DNA of 64,000 nucleotides from Massalongia carnosa (Eukaryota): positions 2,542,001-2,606,000 of the forward strand of contig OZ287069.1 in assembly GCA_965645245.1 (NCBI GenBank), written 5' to 3'. This document shows positions 61,065 through 64,000 of the stretch, piece by piece (positions within the stretch are counted from its first letter, which is position 1; each line of letters begins with the position of its first letter). A program made the position numbers and the translations under genes. The notes below the pieces were generated by a model that worked only from the letters and a program-made list of their open reading frames with translations, was not told where the DNA came from and ran no database searches.

Positions 61065-64000
61065 ATGATGATGATGATGATGATGTATTCATACTCCGAT
61101 ATGACACCGGCCGTAGGCCGGCCCATGCGGGCAAAGCTATCTAAGTTATGTTACATGGAAAACCTTTCACAAGTGTAAAAACCATGTCACTTGATACCCG
61201 TCCGATGTGACTACGGGTCGACGTCGGGCGGGAGACGCAGTGCAAAAGACGTGTGGGAACTGTAATGCCTTGTGAAAAGAGAAGAAAGAAAGAAAGGTTC
61301 AACTATTGTTGATTTTACAATAATGTTGATGCTAGTGAGAATTGATTCAATAAGCCTGTTTTCATTAGCCAAGCAGTTAGTATCTTCAGAGTTTTTGATG
61401 ATTTGGTCAGCTGCTGATAGTCGCTCGTGCCGGCGGCGCGAAACAACTGTTCTCTATTGTTAATAAGTCTGCAGAACATGATTACATGTTCTGGAGTTTG
61501 TCTGTGCCAGCCACATGAGCAGGCCGGTGAGGTGACGGAGGGCACCCGTCGCTTGTAGAGGAAGTCAGCTAACCCGATCTTGCCAGTGCGGATTTGTGTT
61601 GTTAGAGCGCTTTCTGCCTTTTTTAGCTGCGTGTGTATTTTCAGCCGTTTTTTGCTCAGTGGGACTGATTGTGCTATGGAGGTTCGATGACGCGATTTTG
61701 ATATGCGCACCACGAGTCGTTCCAGACCTTCATTTGTCGTGCTTTGATTGTTTGCATCTGCTTGTGTCGGGCCGTTGCCGCAACGGTAGCTTCGCGGTGC
61801 CATGCCGGGTATACTTCGAACCATGGTGGGTGTGCCTTTGGTGCTTGAACTATTTTTGAGTCGATCAGTAGGCTTTTGGCCCAGATGTGTTTCAGCTCTC
61901 CCGGGGTGGGCTTTTGAAGTCGTTTGCGACCTGCCTTGCCTCGAAGTTTGTCAGCTATTTTGTTGCATGCGGAGGAGATGATCTTCAATTGGCCTCCGGC
62001 TCGGAGCCGGTGCCTTGCCTGTGCTTGTAGCATGTCGAGATGCGTGTCTATGGGCGCTATGAATGTCTCTGCTTCTAGTACTGAGATGGGAGTGGCTTTA
62101 AACGCAACGGCTATGGTGCGAAGGCAATTGTTTTGCATGACGGAGAGCTTGCTCGTTGACGTTTTTGACTTTTTGACTTCTTTGGGCATGTGCCATACGG
62201 TTGACCCATATGTCATGGCCGGACGCACCACGGCACTGTAAACCTGCCTTGCCTTGGCGAAGGTGGCACCCCAGGTTGATGTGGAAATTTTTGCCAATGC
62301 CATGGATTGTTTGACCATTTTCTCTTGCGTTTTGCGAACGTGCGGTCCCCATTTCAATTTGGTGTCGATTTGTAGGCCCAATACTCTGATGTCCGTTTTA
62401 GGTTCAATTTCGGTGCTAGCAATATTGATGGATGCAGTCATGTTGAATCTTTTGGGATTTCTGGACAAGTGTATGAGTTCGTACTTCGTCGGAGCGAATA
62501 CGGACCCGTGCCGGGAAGCCCACGTCTCACATTGTCTGTGTATTGCCTCTAGAGTTTTGCAGTTTTCATCGGTGCTTTTTCCATATGCCAAAATGTTTGC
62601 GTCGTCTACGAATCCTATGGCACTTGTGTTTTTGCCTGGTCGATCACATATTTCCAATAGATCTGCATTGTAAAATAGGTAAAGAATGGATGACAGGGGA
62701 GAGCCCTGCGGGATACCCGTTCTTACCGCAAACCGCCCGGTGACTTTTCGATTTATTGCTAAAGTGGTGCTTCGATCGCCCAGAAAGCTGTTTAACCAGT
62801 CGGTGATCCATTTTGGAATTTTTCTTTTCCGTAGGTTGTGCGTTGGTCGTTGATGTGATACCGTATCGAACGCGCCGGCGACGTCCATGCTTAGCAGTGT
62901 GGCTACTTTGTCTTTTCCCTTTCCCCAAATCGTGTGAACCTGTTCAGTTAGCAGTTTCAGTGCTGACTCTGGATCTGCCCTTCCTTGCTCCCATCTGTGT
63001 ATCGGGTAGGAGCCGGTGTTTTTCCGCCAGATAGGTTATTTTCGATTCAATGATGGATTCCATAACTTTACTGAGCGTGTTGAGCAGTGCAATTGGTCGG
63101 TAGGCTTTCGGCGTGGTATAGTCTCCTTTGCCTATTTTTTTCAGCGCTATTGTGTTTGCCATTTTGAAGGCCCGCGGGTGGTACGAGTGTGACGCACGCC
63201 TGAAACAGAGGTGTTAGTAGTTCGACAAGTTTTTCGCTGCATGCTTTGCGTATTCTGTTAGATATGCCGTCTGGGCCCGGTGCCTTATCGGACTTGAGCC
63301 GACTCAGGGCCGTCGATACTTCTGACTTGGTGATGATTATTGGGCAGTGCGGCGATGTAGGATAGAAGGATCCTTCTATGTCGCTTAGGTCGGCCGGTGG
63401 TGGTGCGGGAAAGAAGACACCTTTCAGCATTTCGGCTTTTTGGTCAAACGTGTCTGCTACTTGGTCATTGAATTTTAGCATCGGCATTTTGGATACTTCT
63501 CTAGATTGATGACTTTTGTCTTTGGCCCATTTCGCTAGCCGCCATAGTCCCTGAGGCGTTTCGGTGGCCTTATTGATTTCTTGACGAAAGTTTGTTCTCT
63601 TTGCCTTTTGAATGGTTTTCTGTTTCTTATCATTGGATTTCATATAGTTAGACCAGTCCGTTAGGTCTAACGTGCTGGACCATATGCGGCGTAGTTTCCG
63701 TGTGGCTTTGGTGGCAATGCTGCATTCTTCTGTCCAGAATGGCTTAGCATATTCGCTAGATTTTGCCCATGGAACTGCTTCGTTGATGACATTTTGTAGA
63801 AAATTTTGAATCGATTCCGTGTACGCATCAATCTCGGCAGTGCTACGGGGAGACTCCGGTATAGGGGCGTGTCGTTCGGCCTCCCTTAATTTTTCTAGGT
63901 TTAGAAGTTTCCATAATCGTCAGCTAGTCGCTCGCCTAATCCTCTCCCTCCAAGAAGCATTTTAGAAGCGAATGCTTCTTGGAGGGAGAGGATTAAGCGA
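61065..64000 (-). mobile_element. Second Tad1-like LINE, 3' part, more decayed, with a (CAT)7 tail; continues past the right edge
   Basis: ORF2 fragments are paralogous to the first LINE (YTTPKAYRPIALLNT, MDVAGAFDTVSHQR, GFVDD, CSCGWHRQTPEHVIMFC) with multiple frameshifts; (ATG)7 at 61065-61085. Confidence 0.93.
63916..64000. mobile_element. Foldback MITE (same family as 45984-46049) inserted at a TA inside LINE-2 ORF2; truncated by the window edge
   Basis: TA at 63914-63915 is followed by ATCGTCAGCTAGTCGCTCGCCTA...; arms 63932-63961 and 63971-64000 are inverted repeats with 1 mismatch. Confidence 0.8.

Overview
Eukaryotic nuclear DNA from a filamentous ascomycete (Pezizomycotina). The evidence is short GT-AG introns with CTRAC/CTAAT branch points and typical fungal housekeeping genes. 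Positions ~1.6-52.5 kb are a gene-dense core region of about 19 spliced genes: alternative oxidase, a RING-like Zn-finger protein, F-box Hrt3/Pof7, an orphan small secreted Cys-rich protein, acylphosphatase, a CH-like protein, Kar9, Mtm1 carrier, Rap1, Swf1, ataxin-10/Ctr86, a MARVEL-like membrane protein, a PNPOx/FAD oxidoreductase, GMPPA/Psa2, a Zn-finger protein, a RING protein, AlkB/Abh1, Cdc28/Cdc2 and a calpain-like protease. The left edge is a decayed Tc1-like transposon. The right ~11 kb is a nested transposon island: a Fot1/pogo element split by a 5.26-kb Tad1-like LINE with a 13-bp TSD, then a second, more decayed related LINE carrying a hairpin MITE. Structures not visible in the ORF track include two members of a tiny TA-flanked foldback MITE family; a Mutator-like non-autonomous element with a 10-bp TSD beside a telomere-like 12-mer array; an in-frame pogo-HTH::LINE-ORF1 chimera; a conserved structured 3' end shared by two LINEs with different microsatellite tails; two GC-AG introns; several stop-free 3n introns; and three CCG-N7-CCG (AIM) sites upstream of AOX. 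I found no CRISPR array, rRNA, convincing tRNA or biosynthetic gene cluster. All calls come from reading the sequence by eye; no database search was run.
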